Of a DNA stretch of 64,000 nucleotides, positions 1 to 13,831 are shown piece after piece (within the stretch, counting starts at the first letter, position 1; each line of letters opens with the position of its first letter). This stretch comes from Octopus vulgaris. Its lineage: Eukaryota. The notes under the pieces are model-generated. The model saw nothing but the letters and a program-made list of their open reading frames with translations. It was not told where the DNA came from and did not search any database. The stretch is from assembly GCA_951406725.2 (NCBI GenBank), contig OX597838.1, positions 16,678,001 to 16,742,000 on the forward strand. The letters are read 5' to 3'. The translations under genes were made by a program, and so were the position numbers.

Positions 1-91
1 CTAGGGTCATGGCAAATGTCTTCAGCTATTGACCTGGGCCAACCAAAGACTTGTTGGTGGATTTGGTAAAGCAAACTGAAAGAAGCTCATC

Positions 92-129
<38 letters not shown>

Positions 130-445
130 ATGTGTGCAAGTGTGCATGCACACACACACACTATTGCAGACACATGCATATATATATATATATATGTGTG
201 TATGTATGTATGTATGTGTGTGTATATGTTTGTGTGTCTATGTTTGTGTACCCCCCAACATTGCTTGACAACCGATGCTGGTGTGTTTACGTCCCCGTAA
301 CTTACCGGTTCGACAAAAGAGACCGATAGAATAAGTACTAGGCTTACAAAGAATAAGTCCTGGGGTCGACTTGCTCGACTAAAAGGCGGTGCTCCAGTAT
401 GGCTAAAGTCCAATGACTGAAACAAGTAAAGAGAGTAAATGAGTA
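1..445 (+). mobile_element. SINE family A (tRNA-like head, internal microsatellite), cut by window start
   Basis: GGATTTGGTA...AACTGAAAGAAGC, (TG/TA)n, CTTGACAACCGATGCTGGTGTG, tail GACTGAAACAAGTAAAGAG. Confidence 0.85.
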
Positions 446-1525
446 AAAGAATAATATTTGTGATTTTAGGCATTGAAGAGGCTTTCCTCAGACTTGCATC
501 AAAGGCATGCTATCACATTGTGCATCGATCAGACCTTGTTGTTAGGAAAGTACTGGGAGGTGTGTGCATGTGTTTGAGCATGCATATGTATGTATGTATC
601 TGCATGTGTGCATGTGCATGAGTGTGTGTGTGTGTATGCATCAGTGTGTGTGTGTGAGTGAATGTGTGTAAATATAGATGTGCGTGTGTCTATGTGCATG
701 CATGTGTATGTATATGTTTGTGTGTGTGTGTACGCTTGTATCTTCTTGTCTTGACATCACATCATAGTTGTGAGTTCTTCCCTTATGCAAGTGGTGTCAT
801 TCATTTCCAGTCTTCTGTGAAAACATGTCAGGCCAAGGGGAAATATTAACCTTACCTGGAAAAATAGGTGAGAGATGGCAACAGGAAGGGCATCCAGTCA
901 TAGAAAACCCAGCCTCAATAAATTCCATCTGACCCATGCAAACATGGAAAAATAAATGTTAAAATGATGATGATACTGACGATGTCAACGTTGATGACAA
1001 TAATGATGATTATGATAATGTTTATTATTATTATTTTTATTATTACTTGCTGGACCTGTGAAAACTTCACAGAAAATTTTTAAAATGTAAGCATCTGTAA
1101 ACTGTGTGCTGGTGCCATGAGAAATATTTCTATATTGTGACAATTACAGAATATAGAAAAAAGTGTAAAACCAATCACTATATAATCCAACGAAAATATC
1201 TCAGTTACGCAAGCATAAACAGAATTAGTATTTAGCCTTAAAATACATTGTACATGTTCAAAGAACTTTCTTGGTTTAGTGGTATGGAACATTCTTCTGG
1301 TATTCTTTTATTCTCTTACTTGTTTCAGTCATTTGATGGTTGCCATACTAGAACACAAGCCTTTAGTCAAAGTAATCACCCCCCTGGACTTATTCCCTGT
1401 AAGCCTGGTGCTTATTCTATCAGTCTCTTCTGCCAAACAGCTAAGTTACGTGGACACAAACACACCAACATAGGTTGTCAAGTGATGGTGGTGGTGGTGG
1501 TGGAGGGACGAACACGGACACAAAA

Positions 1526-1598
<73 letters not shown>

Positions 1599-3179
1599 GC
1601 TTCTTTCAGTTTCTGTCAACGGAATCCATTTACAAGTCTTTGGTCGGCCCGAGGCTATAGTAGAAGACACTCTTTAAAGTATAGAGTTGAATTTCGTGTA
1701 ACCACCTGTTGGCAACTTTTCTCCACCACTCATTTTGTAGGGGGTATTACCCATTTTTCTGGGCTCTTTTCACAGCTATACCCCATTGGAAATTTGCAGT
1801 AATTTTTGTATGGAAACAAAAAAAAGGAAGGGAGGGTTGCTTGTTTGTAGTTTATAGAGGAAACATTAAACGGTGCCTAAAAAAAAACATGTTCTTTTCC
1901 CCCAACTAAAAGACATGAAGAACTTAATCTATTTCTCTAAATCTCTCTTTTCCCCCTCCCTCCCCACTCCCTCCTCTATGTCCCCCCCTTGCCTCTAACT
2001 GTTTAACATGTCATATTTCTCTTACCTCTCGGCGCTATCAGTCTCCCCCACCCACCCTCTCCCTCTCTCACTTCAACTATACTTCCTCTGCTTCTGTACC
2101 TCCACTACCCCCCCCACCCGCTTTGCCACTCACTTCAAGTATATCTCCTCTGCTTAACACCTTTTATTTCTCCACAGGTACGTACAAAAACAAAAAAGAA
2201 ACTAAGTGTATTAATATTATTGATTATTATTATTAAGGCAGCGAGCTGGCAGAATTGTTAGCACGCTGGATGAAGTGTTTAATGGTATTTTGCCCAGTGC
2301 TCTGATCTGAGTTCAAATTCCACCAAGATCAACTATGCCTTTCATCCTTTTGGAGGTCGATAACATAAGTAAGAATCAGTGAAACATTGGGGTCAATGTA
2401 ATAGACCCATCCACTTCTGCAAAATGGCTGCCCTTGTGGCAAAATTTGAAATCATTATTATAATTATTATTATTGAGTGGGTGAGGAGTGCATGCCATCA
2501 AAGTGACACTGGGGTAAATTTACGAAGCCCAGTATACCCATCATGACTACCCATATAATAAGTGTACAATAGGCATATGCATCACAACCATATGTGCGTG
2601 ACATGGTGATTTCATATCAAATGAATAGTGTAGTGGGTGCTTTTACATGCCACCGGCACGAGGGCCAATCAGGCGGTACTGGCAACGGTACTTGTCTCTG
2701 AAAGGATGAAAGGCAAAGTCAAGCTTGGCGGGAATTGAACTCAGAACGTAGCGACGGGCGAAATACTGCTAAGCATTTCGTCGAGCATGCTAATGATTCT
2801 GCCAGCTTGCTGCCTTAATGATGATGACAATGACAATAAGACAGTCACAGCTGGAATGTCTTCAAGCTTTAGTTCTATAAGAACAAAAATAACCTGGGCT
2901 TAAACAAATACAACAACAACAACAACAACAACAGTAACAATAGCTTTCGATTTGAAATGGCCAATTAATAAAAGTTTCTTTATTATAATAGTGTAGGAGT
3001 GAAAGTAAGAGCAATCGAAAATAAAATCATTAAGTAGTAAATTCATTGTATTTAAAGACATATAACAAGAAGCCATGATAAGAACATTCTAGATTTTGGA
3101 GAAAATGGTCTAGACATTATCTAAGAAGTCTCCTCTTTTGTCTTATTTTCTTCCTCATTCATTCCATACCTCTCACTCT

Positions 3180-3895
<716 letters not shown>

Positions 3896-4240
3896 TATCT
3901 TTATTTACCTATCCATGTATGTATTATTTATATCATCCTGTTATACTTTCATCAATATCTTTATGTGAGTGTGTATGTATGTGTGTCTGTGTATGTGTAT
4001 ATATATATATATATATACATATGTATATATATAAGAATACAGTATGTATTTAAACACATAAGAGATGACTATAACAGGACATCTGACTCACTAGAAAGAG
4101 CAGTTAAACTCCAAACCACTAATAGTTGTAATTCTGAAAGGGAAAGAGAAATAAAAACGAATTTTTCTAAAAATTTTTTTGCTACCCTAAGATTTATTAA
4201 TATATATATATATATATGTACACATATATACATATGTATG

Positions 4241-4319
<79 letters not shown>

Positions 4320-4544
4320 GCTCTCATTTTATCTACTCTTTAAAATTTTACATCTACTGAATATGAATGTATTTTTTTAAAAATTCTTTTTCCTCCCTGT
4401 TCACATGCACATGCATATACACACATATGCACACACACACACATATACACACATACATACACACATATATGCATACATACATAAATACATACATACACAC
4501 CTGCTTATGCACACACACACACATATATATGCATACATACAGAT

Positions 4545-4979
4545 GTGAGTGGGGGCTGAAAAGTTCCTGGTTTTAAGGGTATCGTGAAAGGCCTGGCTGG
4601 AGGCTCAACCTTAGTGAGTTCTTTTACAGGCCTTAGAAAAACTGAAGGACCACTGATATAAGTGTGTGTATCTGAGATGGGAAAATGTTTAATAAAATCA
4701 TAATTAAGAGCACAAGTATATTTGGAACCTTCTTCTTTGTCACTTGTTAGAAATAGCAGCCAAATCTGTCTCAGATTTCTTTCTATGGTTTTATGAGGGG
4801 ATACTGAAAAGTTCCTGGTTGGAGGCTCAACCTTCCGAGTTCTTTTACAGGTCTTGGAAAAACTGAAGGGCCACTGCAATAAGAGTGTGAATCTGAGAGG
4901 GGACTATGTTGAATAAAATCATAATAAAGTGTATTTTCTTATATCCAAAGCTACCAACTTTTCAGCACTCCCCCTCGTA
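4545..4979 (+). mobile_element. Two adjacent mariner-derived MITE copies; related copies at ~9097-9262 (-) and ~49736-49890 (-)
   Basis: TIR-like TATGAGGGGATACTGAAAAGTT / AACTTTTCAGCACTCCCCCTCGTA; interior reads GLGKLKGHCNKSVNLRGDYVE* like mariner C-termini. Confidence 0.7.
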
Positions 4980-6954
4980 CATACATATGCGTATATTCTT
5001 GTACACATAGATGCATGCATACACACACACATACATGCATACATACATACAAACATACATACATACATAGATACATACATACAGGCTTACACACATACAT
5101 ACATGCACTTATACATACATATATACATACATACACATACATGTCTACATGCATTTATACATACATACATACATACATACGTACATATGTACATACATAC
5201 ATACATGCAAACATACACACACATACATACATACATACACACACACATACCTACATGTACTTATACATACATACACACACATACACACATATATCTACAT
5301 GCACTTACATACATGGATGCATGCATGCATACATACATACATACATACATGCATGCATACATACATACATACATACGTACATACATACATACATACATAC
5401 ATACATGCATGCATGCATACATACATACATGCATACATGCATGCATACATACATACATGCATGCATACATATATACATACATGCATGCATACATACATAC
5501 ATACATACATGCATACATACATACATGCATACATACATACATACATGCATACATACATACATGCATGCATACATACATACATACATACATACATACATAC
5601 ATACATACATACATACATACATGCATGCATACATACATACATACAAACATACACACATACATACATACATACATATATACATACATACATAATACATACA
5701 TACATACATGCATACATGCATGCATACATACATACATACATAATGCATACATACATACATACATGCATACATACATGTATGCATACATGCATACATACAT
5801 ACATACATACATGCATACATACATACATACATACATGCATACATACATACATACATACATACATACATACATACATACATACATACATACATACATGCAT
5901 ACATGCATACATACATGCATACATACATACATACATGCATACATACATACAAACATACATACATACATGCATACAAACCCAGCACCAAGAACACTGTTTA
6001 ACCATTCTACCATTATGACTACCATTATTATTACCACTACCAAAACCACTACCACCGCTGCTGTCACAGCGCAAACCCACCATTATCCCCACCACCACCA
6101 CCACCACCACCACAACCACCACCACCGCCACCACCACCATTACACTTTCACCTCTACCGTCACCCCCACCCCCACCCCCCACCACCACCTCCGCATTCCA
6201 CCCACCATTAGCACCATTCTATAACAGAGAAACTCTCTCATCGTCAGCCTGTCAAGTCTGAGCTTTTATTACAATGTTCCACCTCAGCTATTTGTTGTTT
6301 TGTAATAATTTTTTTAGTTCTGTTTTGTTTTATTTTCATTTTATTCATTCTTTCTTTCTTTGCGACGGCGGCGACGGGTGGGGGTGGGGTGTATGTTGGG
6401 TTGTTGTTGTTGTTGTTGTTGTTGTTGTTCTTCTTCTTCTTCTTCTTCTTCTTCTTCTTCTTCTTCGTCTTCTTCTTCTTCTTCTTCTTCTTCTTCTTCT
6501 TCTTCGTCTTCTTCTTCTTCTTCTTCTTCTTCTTCTTCTTCTTCTTCTTCTTCTTCTTCTTCTTCTTCTTCTTCTTCTTCTTCTTCGTAGTGGTGGTGGC
6601 ACAGTCGTTCCATTCTATCTTTATCTTTTCATTCCGTTTCTATTTTCGTTTTTTGCTTTGCTTTGTATTTTTTGTTTTTTTTTGTTTTTTTTATTTTATT
6701 TTTACCGACGTTTAAGTTTATGTTTATTTGTTTTGTAAATTTTTTTTTCTTTGTTATTGTTGTATTAATTTCTTTTTGTTTTTTTACCTTTTTCTTTACC
6801 TCCTTGTGCTTTTGTTTTTGTTTTTGTTTGTTTTGTTTCTTGCATTTGTCATTCTATTATTAATTAATTTATTTTTTATACACACATACACACACACACT
6901 GATACACACACACACACACTCATACACACACACACACTCATACACACACACACA

Positions 6955-7048
<94 letters not shown>

Positions 7049-7091
7049 ACACACACACATACACACACACACACTCATACACACACACACT

Positions 7092-7126
<35 letters not shown>

Positions 7127-7629
7127 ATACACACACACACTCATACACACACACTCATACACACACACACACACTCATACACACACACACACAAAACACA
7201 CACACACACACACACACACACTCATACATACACACACACACACACCTATGTGTATGCCTGTATGCGTATACGTATACATCTATGCGTGCGTGTGTGTGTG
7301 TGTAAGTCTTTCCAGTCCATTTACATAGCACCCCCCACCTTATTACCCCCTCTCTCAATCTCTCTTACCCTCTCTCTCTCTCTCTCTCTCCGTGCCTCCC
7401 ACCGTAACGCTCGCCACCTCCTCCTCCTCCGTGCGTTGCCCTGAAAAGAGTTTATGTCAGCCTACTTCGTGTTTACTGACCTATTTATATATTCACGTTC
7501 TTTACCTATATTTATTTTCCATTTTCCCCATTTTCTTCTTCTTCTTCTTCTTCTTCTTCTTCTTCTTCTTCTTGTCTGTCTTGTTTTGCCTCGTGTTGAA
7601 GATAATGTTGTTGTTGTTGTTGTTATTGT

Positions 7630-7678
<49 letters not shown>

Positions 7679-7692
7679 GGTGGTGGTGGTGG

Positions 7693-7726
<34 letters not shown>

Positions 7727-7934
7727 GGTGGTGGTGGTGATGATGATGATGATGATAATGATGATGGTGGTGGTGGTGGTGGTGATGATGATGATGATGA
7801 TGATGGGGGGGGTGGGGGGGTAGTGATGATGGTGATGATGACGATGATGATGGTGGTGGTGGTGGTGGTGATGATGATGATGGTGGTGGTGATGATGATG
7901 ACGATGATGGTGGTGGTGGTGGTGGTGGTGGTGA

Positions 7935-7968
<34 letters not shown>

Positions 7969-8075
7969 GGTCATGATGATGATGCTGATGATGATGGTGG
8001 TGGTGGTGATGATGATAGTGGTGGTGATGATGGTGATGATGAGGACGATGATGACGATGATGATGATGATAACAG
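4980..8075. repeat. Compound microsatellite block: (CATA)n, (CAC)n, (TTC)n, (CA)n, (GAT/GGT)n
   Basis: Seen directly; explains the low-complexity ORFs here. Confidence 0.95.
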
Positions 8076-8500
8076 AGTTATTGTCGTCGTCGCCGTCGTG
8101 GTGGCCGTTACTGTTATTGTTGTTATGACCTGGTGCAGCAGTGTTTCCCTGCTGCAAATTCAAGTCTTACACACACACATAGCCCAGTTTTGATTCTCCG
8201 TTTCCTTCCTCTACCCACAAACCCACCCGCCCGCCCACCCACTCCTACCTCGCTCCACCCTGATTTAGAACTACATTTATTATGTTAAATAACATTATTT
8301 GAACAGTCCACCACCACCACTACCACCACTACCACCACAAACAGAGAAGGTTACAAACAACAAACGTCGTAACACCTTGCACCCCCTGGGAATACGAAGT
8401 TTCACGACTTGTATGTTCAGCAATTATTTTTGAATTTCCCTGGGATAAAGTGTTTTCATCGTTCCCCCCCCCCCCCCGGAATCCTCTTCCCCAACTCCTA

Positions 8501-8669
8501 GGCGTAGGAGTGGCTGCGTGGTAATTAGCTTACTGACCAACCACATGGTTCCGGGTTCAGTCTCACTGCGTGGCGTCTTGGGCAAGTGTCTTCTACTATA
8601 GCCCCGGGCCGACCAATGCCTTGTGAGTGAATTTGGTAGACGGAAACTGAAAGAAGCCCGTCGTATATA

Positions 8670-8716
<47 letters not shown>

Positions 8717-8890
8717 TTGTGTGTCTGTGTTTGTCCCCCTAGCATTGCTTGACAACCGATGCTGGTGTGTTTAGAGATCAATATAATAAGTACTGGGCTT
8801 ACAAAGAATAAGTCCCGGGGTCGAGTTGCTTGACTTAAGGCGGTGCCCCAGCATGGCCGCAGTCAAATGACTGAAACAAGTAAAAGAGTA
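8501..8890 (+). mobile_element. SINE family A, near full length
   Basis: Head GGCGTAGGAGTGGCTGCGTGGTAA (A-box-like)...GGTTCAGTCTC (B-box-like); internal (TA)n(TG)n; tail CAAGTAAAAGAG. Confidence 0.9.
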
Positions 8891-9274
8891 ACAAAATAAG
8901 TACCAGCCCAATAAATATACAGTGCTGTTTTTAGACATGAGCACACTGGGTAATTACTCGGTGACCCCCCCCCCCTACAGGTCTGGGAATCAACATTAGT
9001 CCATGCATACTGAGGTTGTGTGGAATTCTATAATGCAAACCCTACTTTTCCCATGTTACATAAAGTTCCTAGCTTTGGGTAAAAGAAAATACAGTTTATT
9101 ATGATTTTATTCAACATATTCCCCTCTCAGATTCACACTCTTATTGCAGTGGACCTTTAGTTTTTCTAAGGCCTGTAAAAGAACTCGCTAAGGTTGAGCC
9201 TCCAGCCAGGCCTTTCACGTGACCCTTAAAACCAGGAACTTTTCAGCCCCCCCCACCTCACATCTGTATGTAAG

Positions 9275-9337
<63 letters not shown>

Positions 9338-9529
9338 ATGTGCAGGTGTGTATGTATGTATGTATGTATGTATGTATGTACGTATGTATGTATATATGTG
9401 TGTGTATGTATGTCTGTGTATGTGTGTGTGTGTGTGTGCATATGTATGTATGTATGTATGTATGTACGTATGTATGTATATATGTGTGTGTGTATGTATG
9501 TCTGTGTATGTGTGTGTGTGTGTGTGTGC

Positions 9530-9560
<31 letters not shown>

Positions 9561-9588
9561 CGTATGTATGTATATATGTGTGTGTGTA

Positions 9589-9629
<41 letters not shown>

Positions 9630-9977
9630 ATATGTATGTATATGTATGTGCATGTGAACAGGGAGGAAAAGGAATTTTTAAAAAAATATATTCACATTCA
9701 GTAGATGTAAAATCCAGCGGAAAATAGGTTTTGCAAGACTCTTGGGAATGCAACACTTTTGCAACGCAGGGGTTATGCATCATGACATTCGAACCTCCCA
9801 GGTACGTCACAACTTCTTTCTGCCTTGTATATGCTATGTATGTGGTGGTGAGCTGGCAGAATTGTTAGCATGCTAACTTAGCAGTATTTCATTTGTCTCC
9901 ATGTTCTGAGTTCAAATTCCGGCGAGGTTGATTTTGCCATTCATGAAAGTCAGTGATGATGCTGACAATGATGATGA

Positions 9978-10267
9978 TCGATTTGTGGCCGTTGCCAGCG
10001 CCGCCTAGCCTCTGTGCCGGTGGCACGTAAAAAGCACCATCTGATCGTGGCTGTTTGCCCACTCCGTCTGGCACCTGTGCTGGTGGCATGTAAAAAGCAC
10101 CCACTACACTCACGGAGTGGTTGGCGTTAGGAAGGGCATCCAGCTGTAGAAACACTGCCAGATCAGACTGGGCCTGGTGCAGCCTTCTGGCTTCCCAGAC
10201 CCCAGTTGAACTGTCCAATCCATGCTAGCATGGAAAGCGGACGTTAAACAATGATGATGATGATGAT
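9978..10267 (+). mobile_element. SINE-like family E 3' part with (GAT)n tail, the source family of the 76-bp satellite
   Basis: AAAAAGCACCC...GGTTGGCGTTAGGAAGGGCATCCAGCTGTAGAAAC...CATGCTAGCATGGAAAGCGGACGTTAAAC(GAT)n; relatives near 870, 32930 (-), 36125 (-), 50000 (-), 51565, 55700. Confidence 0.8.
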
Positions 10268-10564
10268 ATATAGTCGCAGGCATGGCTGCAAGGTAAAAAG
10301 TTTTCTTCACAACCACATGGTTCTGGGTTCAGTCCCACTTTGGGCAAATGTCTTTTACTACAGCCTTGAGCTGACCAAAACTTTGTGAGTTGATTTGGTA
10401 AATGGAGACTGAAAGAAGCCTGTCATATATATGTATATATCTATCTGTGTGTGTCTTTGTGTCATCACTTGACAACCAGTATTGATATGTTTATGACCCA
10501 CAACTTAGCTGTTCAGCAAAAGAGACCAATAGAATAAGTGCTAGGATTAAAAAAAAAAAGAAGT

Positions 10565-11890
10565 CAAATACCATCTTGATTCATATGAAGAGTGATGAAG
10601 AAAATTTAAGAAACCATTGCCCCATATCCCTCTTGTTTCACCTCTACAAACTGTTTACAAGTGTCATAGTCACCAGACTATAGACATATCTTGATGACCA
10701 GCACCCAAGCAGGTTTCCGTAAGAAGTGCAGTACAATGGATCACATATTCCCTCTAACACAGCTTAAAGAATGAGCAAAAAACTGCAAGCTCCTTCTGTG
10801 TATCACTTTTGTTGACTATGAAAAGGCATTCAGTAGCATCTAGATGAATGCAGTGCTGGATTCTTTGATATGCCACGTGTCAAGGCACAATACACTAAAC
10901 TGTACAGGGATGCGAAATCTGGATGCACTACAGATATAGCTCTGCTACTTCTGCAAGTGATAATACCACTTAGGAAGGGTGTGAAACAAGGAGATGCCAT
11001 CTCTGCAGTGCTCTTCACTGCATGTCTAGAACTGGTCATCAGAGACATTGAATAGACAGGAGGCATGAACATCAATAGTGAGTTATTAACACATCTCCAA
11101 TTCACAGATGACGTTGAAACCATTGCCAAAAGCACACATCAGCTACAGACTAGTCTGACAAAGCTGGATACCCTTAGCTCAGCAGCAGGTTTTAAAATGA
11201 ACCACATGAAAACAAAATACATCTGATTTAAAAATGTAGCACAAGTGTGAATAGAAGTGGGATGTGATGGAATCAAGGGGGTAAAGGAATATGTCTACCC
11301 AGGCCACACAGTGGATATGCATTGAGACATGGATGTTGAAATCTCGAAAAGAATAAGGGCAAGATGGAAGGTGTTTGCCTCAATAAAAAGATGTGTTCAA
11401 AGCAAAGCTGCACAAGACCGTACATGCCAGACTCTTCAATGGCACTGTCCTATCTGTGTTCTTCTACACAAGTGAGGTGCGGGCTACTATGAAGACCGAA
11501 GAACATCAATCAGTTAGTTAGTTAGTTAGTTAATTTTTTGGCTCAAAAGCAAAAAGCAAGGCCATGTAGGGGGACATGGAGTTAAGTACAGGGTGGTGTT
11601 CATGTAAAGAGTTCAGGCCACTTGAGTTCAAGGGAGACTTTGAACAAAGCGGTCGTTGGCATCTTCACCATCTCGTCTGGCAGCTTGTTCCACGGATCCG
11701 CAACCCGGACGGAGAAAAATGCAATATGCTATAGAAAGACTCATACTATGAATATCATTATGAGAGCATGTTTGAAATGAGTGAATATTGTGATTGCAGA
11801 ATACGAAAAGCACAAGTTCTGCTGGACTGGACATGTTGCAAGGTTCACAGAGAGTGGATGGACCCACGCAGTTGCCAAGTAGTATCCAAG
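10565..11890 (+). pseudogene. Decayed RTE-clade LINE reverse transcriptase fragment, interrupted by a CR1 3' end
   Basis: Frame-broken translations: NLRNHCPISLLFHLYKLFT, FVDYEKAF, KGVKQGDAISAVLFTACLE, HLQFTDDV, EISKRIRARWKVF, WTGHVARFTESGWT; multiple stops. Confidence 0.88.
11512..11718 (-). mobile_element. CR1-clade LINE 3' end with (TAAC)n tail
   Basis: Minus strand reads FSVRVADPWNKLPDEMVKMPTTALFKVSLELKWPELFT*, then 3' UTR and (TAAC)n. Confidence 0.85.
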
Positions 11891-12121
11891 AGGTGGTGAG
11901 CTGGCAGAAACATTAGCATGCCGGGCAAAATGCTTAGCAGTATTTCGTCTGCCACTACGTTCTGAGTTCAAATTCTGTCGAGATCGACTTTGCCTTTCAT
12001 CCTTTCGGGGTCAATAAATTAAGTACCAGTTACGCACTGGGGTCGATGTAATTGACGTACTCCCTTTATCTGTCCTTGTTTGTCCTCTCTATGTTTAGCC
12101 CCTTTTGGGCAATAAAGAAAT
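11890..12121 (+). mobile_element. SINE family B with 13-bp TSD
   Basis: GAGCTGGCAGAAAC...GAGTTCAAATTC...GCCTTTCATCCTTTCGGGGTC...GGGCAATAAAGAAAT; TSD AAGTAGTATCCAA at 11877-11889 and 12122-12134. Confidence 0.92.
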
Positions 12122-12159
12122 AAGTAGTATCCAAAAAATTTTTTAAAAAACATTCAGAA

Positions 12160-12570
12160 GGCGTAGGAGTGGCTGTGTGGTAAGTAGCTTGCTTATGAAC
12201 CACATGGTTCCGGGTTCAGTCCCACTGCGTGGCATCTTGGGCAAGTGTCTTCTACTATAGCCTCGGGCTGACCAAAGCCTTGTGAGTGGATTTGGTAGAC
12301 GGAAACTGAAAGAAGCCCGTCATATATATGTATATATATTTGTATGTGCATGTATGTTTGTGTGTCTGTGCTTGTCCCCCTAGCATTGCTTGACAACCGA
12401 TGCTGGTGTGTTTATGTCCCCGTCACTTAGCGGTTTGGCAAAAGAGACCGATAGAATAAGTACTGGGCTTACAAAGAATAAGTCCCGGGGTCAATTTGCT
12501 CGATTAAAGGCGGTGCACCAGCATGGCCGCAGTCAAAATGACTGAAACAAGTAAAAAGAGAAAAAGAGAG
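12160..12570 (+). mobile_element. SINE family A, full length
   Basis: Same consensus as 8501-8890. Further partial or decayed copies near 1308, 10274, 16065, 20638, 25120, 31260, 39857, 44720, 55820. Confidence 0.9.
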
Positions 12571-13831
12571 AAAGTATTCCACAATGATGGGAAGGCGGTC
12601 TTGTTGAGCAATTTGGGTCAAGAGGGACCAGAAAGGCACAACCGAGACAGAAACAGAAGTGCAATGTAACTACTGAAATGTATTTGCTCAACTGTTAACT
12701 CCATTGCAAGCACTGCCACCACTGCCGCTACCACCAGCATCACCACCTTCACACACCTGAATTTGTGTCTTTGTCTGTATTTACACAATGTTCTAATGAA
12801 GGAATGTTGCATTTAGGAAAAAAAAAAATTATAAAATACATTTTATGCTAAATTTATTTAGCCATTTGCTAGACTTCTTATAATATTATTCTATCATTTT
12901 GCAAAACAAAAAGAAAGACCGTCCCTCCCTCCACCCCGACCAGTTAAGAGACCAATGTGGATAAACTGAGAAATTCAATGAGGTCAGAAAAATTAGGAGA
13001 AAAACTACATGTAAAATAAGTCTGGACAAAAATAGTGATCGATGGAATACATTATCTTGAATACTGATCTGTGCTAAAATGGCTGCTGCAGAACAAAAAA
13101 TATGTTTCACTAGAGAAACCAGAAATTTGTTGAAATTAAGCGAAGAATCTTCTCTGTTTTGTAATAAAATATTTAATACATGAAAGGAAAATATTCTTCA
13201 ATCAATTATGAGCGCAATCATACTTGCTGCCAAGTTTTAATAATTATTTATTGAAAGAATAATAAGTGTCTTGTTTGATTTCTTTTCTTCTAATCTCTTG
13301 TTATTATGAAATTATTTTAATGGTATGTCTCTGAGTGCCTTTTTATCCTAATAAATAAGCTTGAATTCTTTCCTTGCATTTTTTGTTTTTTTTTTTGTTT
13401 TTGTCAATTATTTAGAGTAGGAGGAGTTGTTTGTACTCATGACCTTTGCAGGCCACCCAGAATGTTGCATTTGATATAGATGATGATGTTCAGTGTCACT
13501 ATTTTTGTAGGTCAATGCTTTAACAGTAAAAAAAAAAAAAAAGAAAGAAAAGAAAGGTAAAAAAATGAAAAAAGCAATAATCAGAAAGAAAAAAAAACTT
13601 GATAACAAGGAAATTCCAAAGGGAAGTAATTCTGAAGAGGATTGAGTGAGGGGGGGATGCAAAGTTAGGGGGGATGAAATAGTAAGAAAGGTGAGTGAGG
13701 AAAGGCAGGAGGTGGACTTGTGTGGAGGGGGATACTTTGCAGCTTTCCACTTCATAAGAGTAGAAGCTGTTGTAGAAATGGCAGAGAGGGGAAATGCTGC
13801 ATATATGAGCATATTGGTCTTTTATCTGCTG

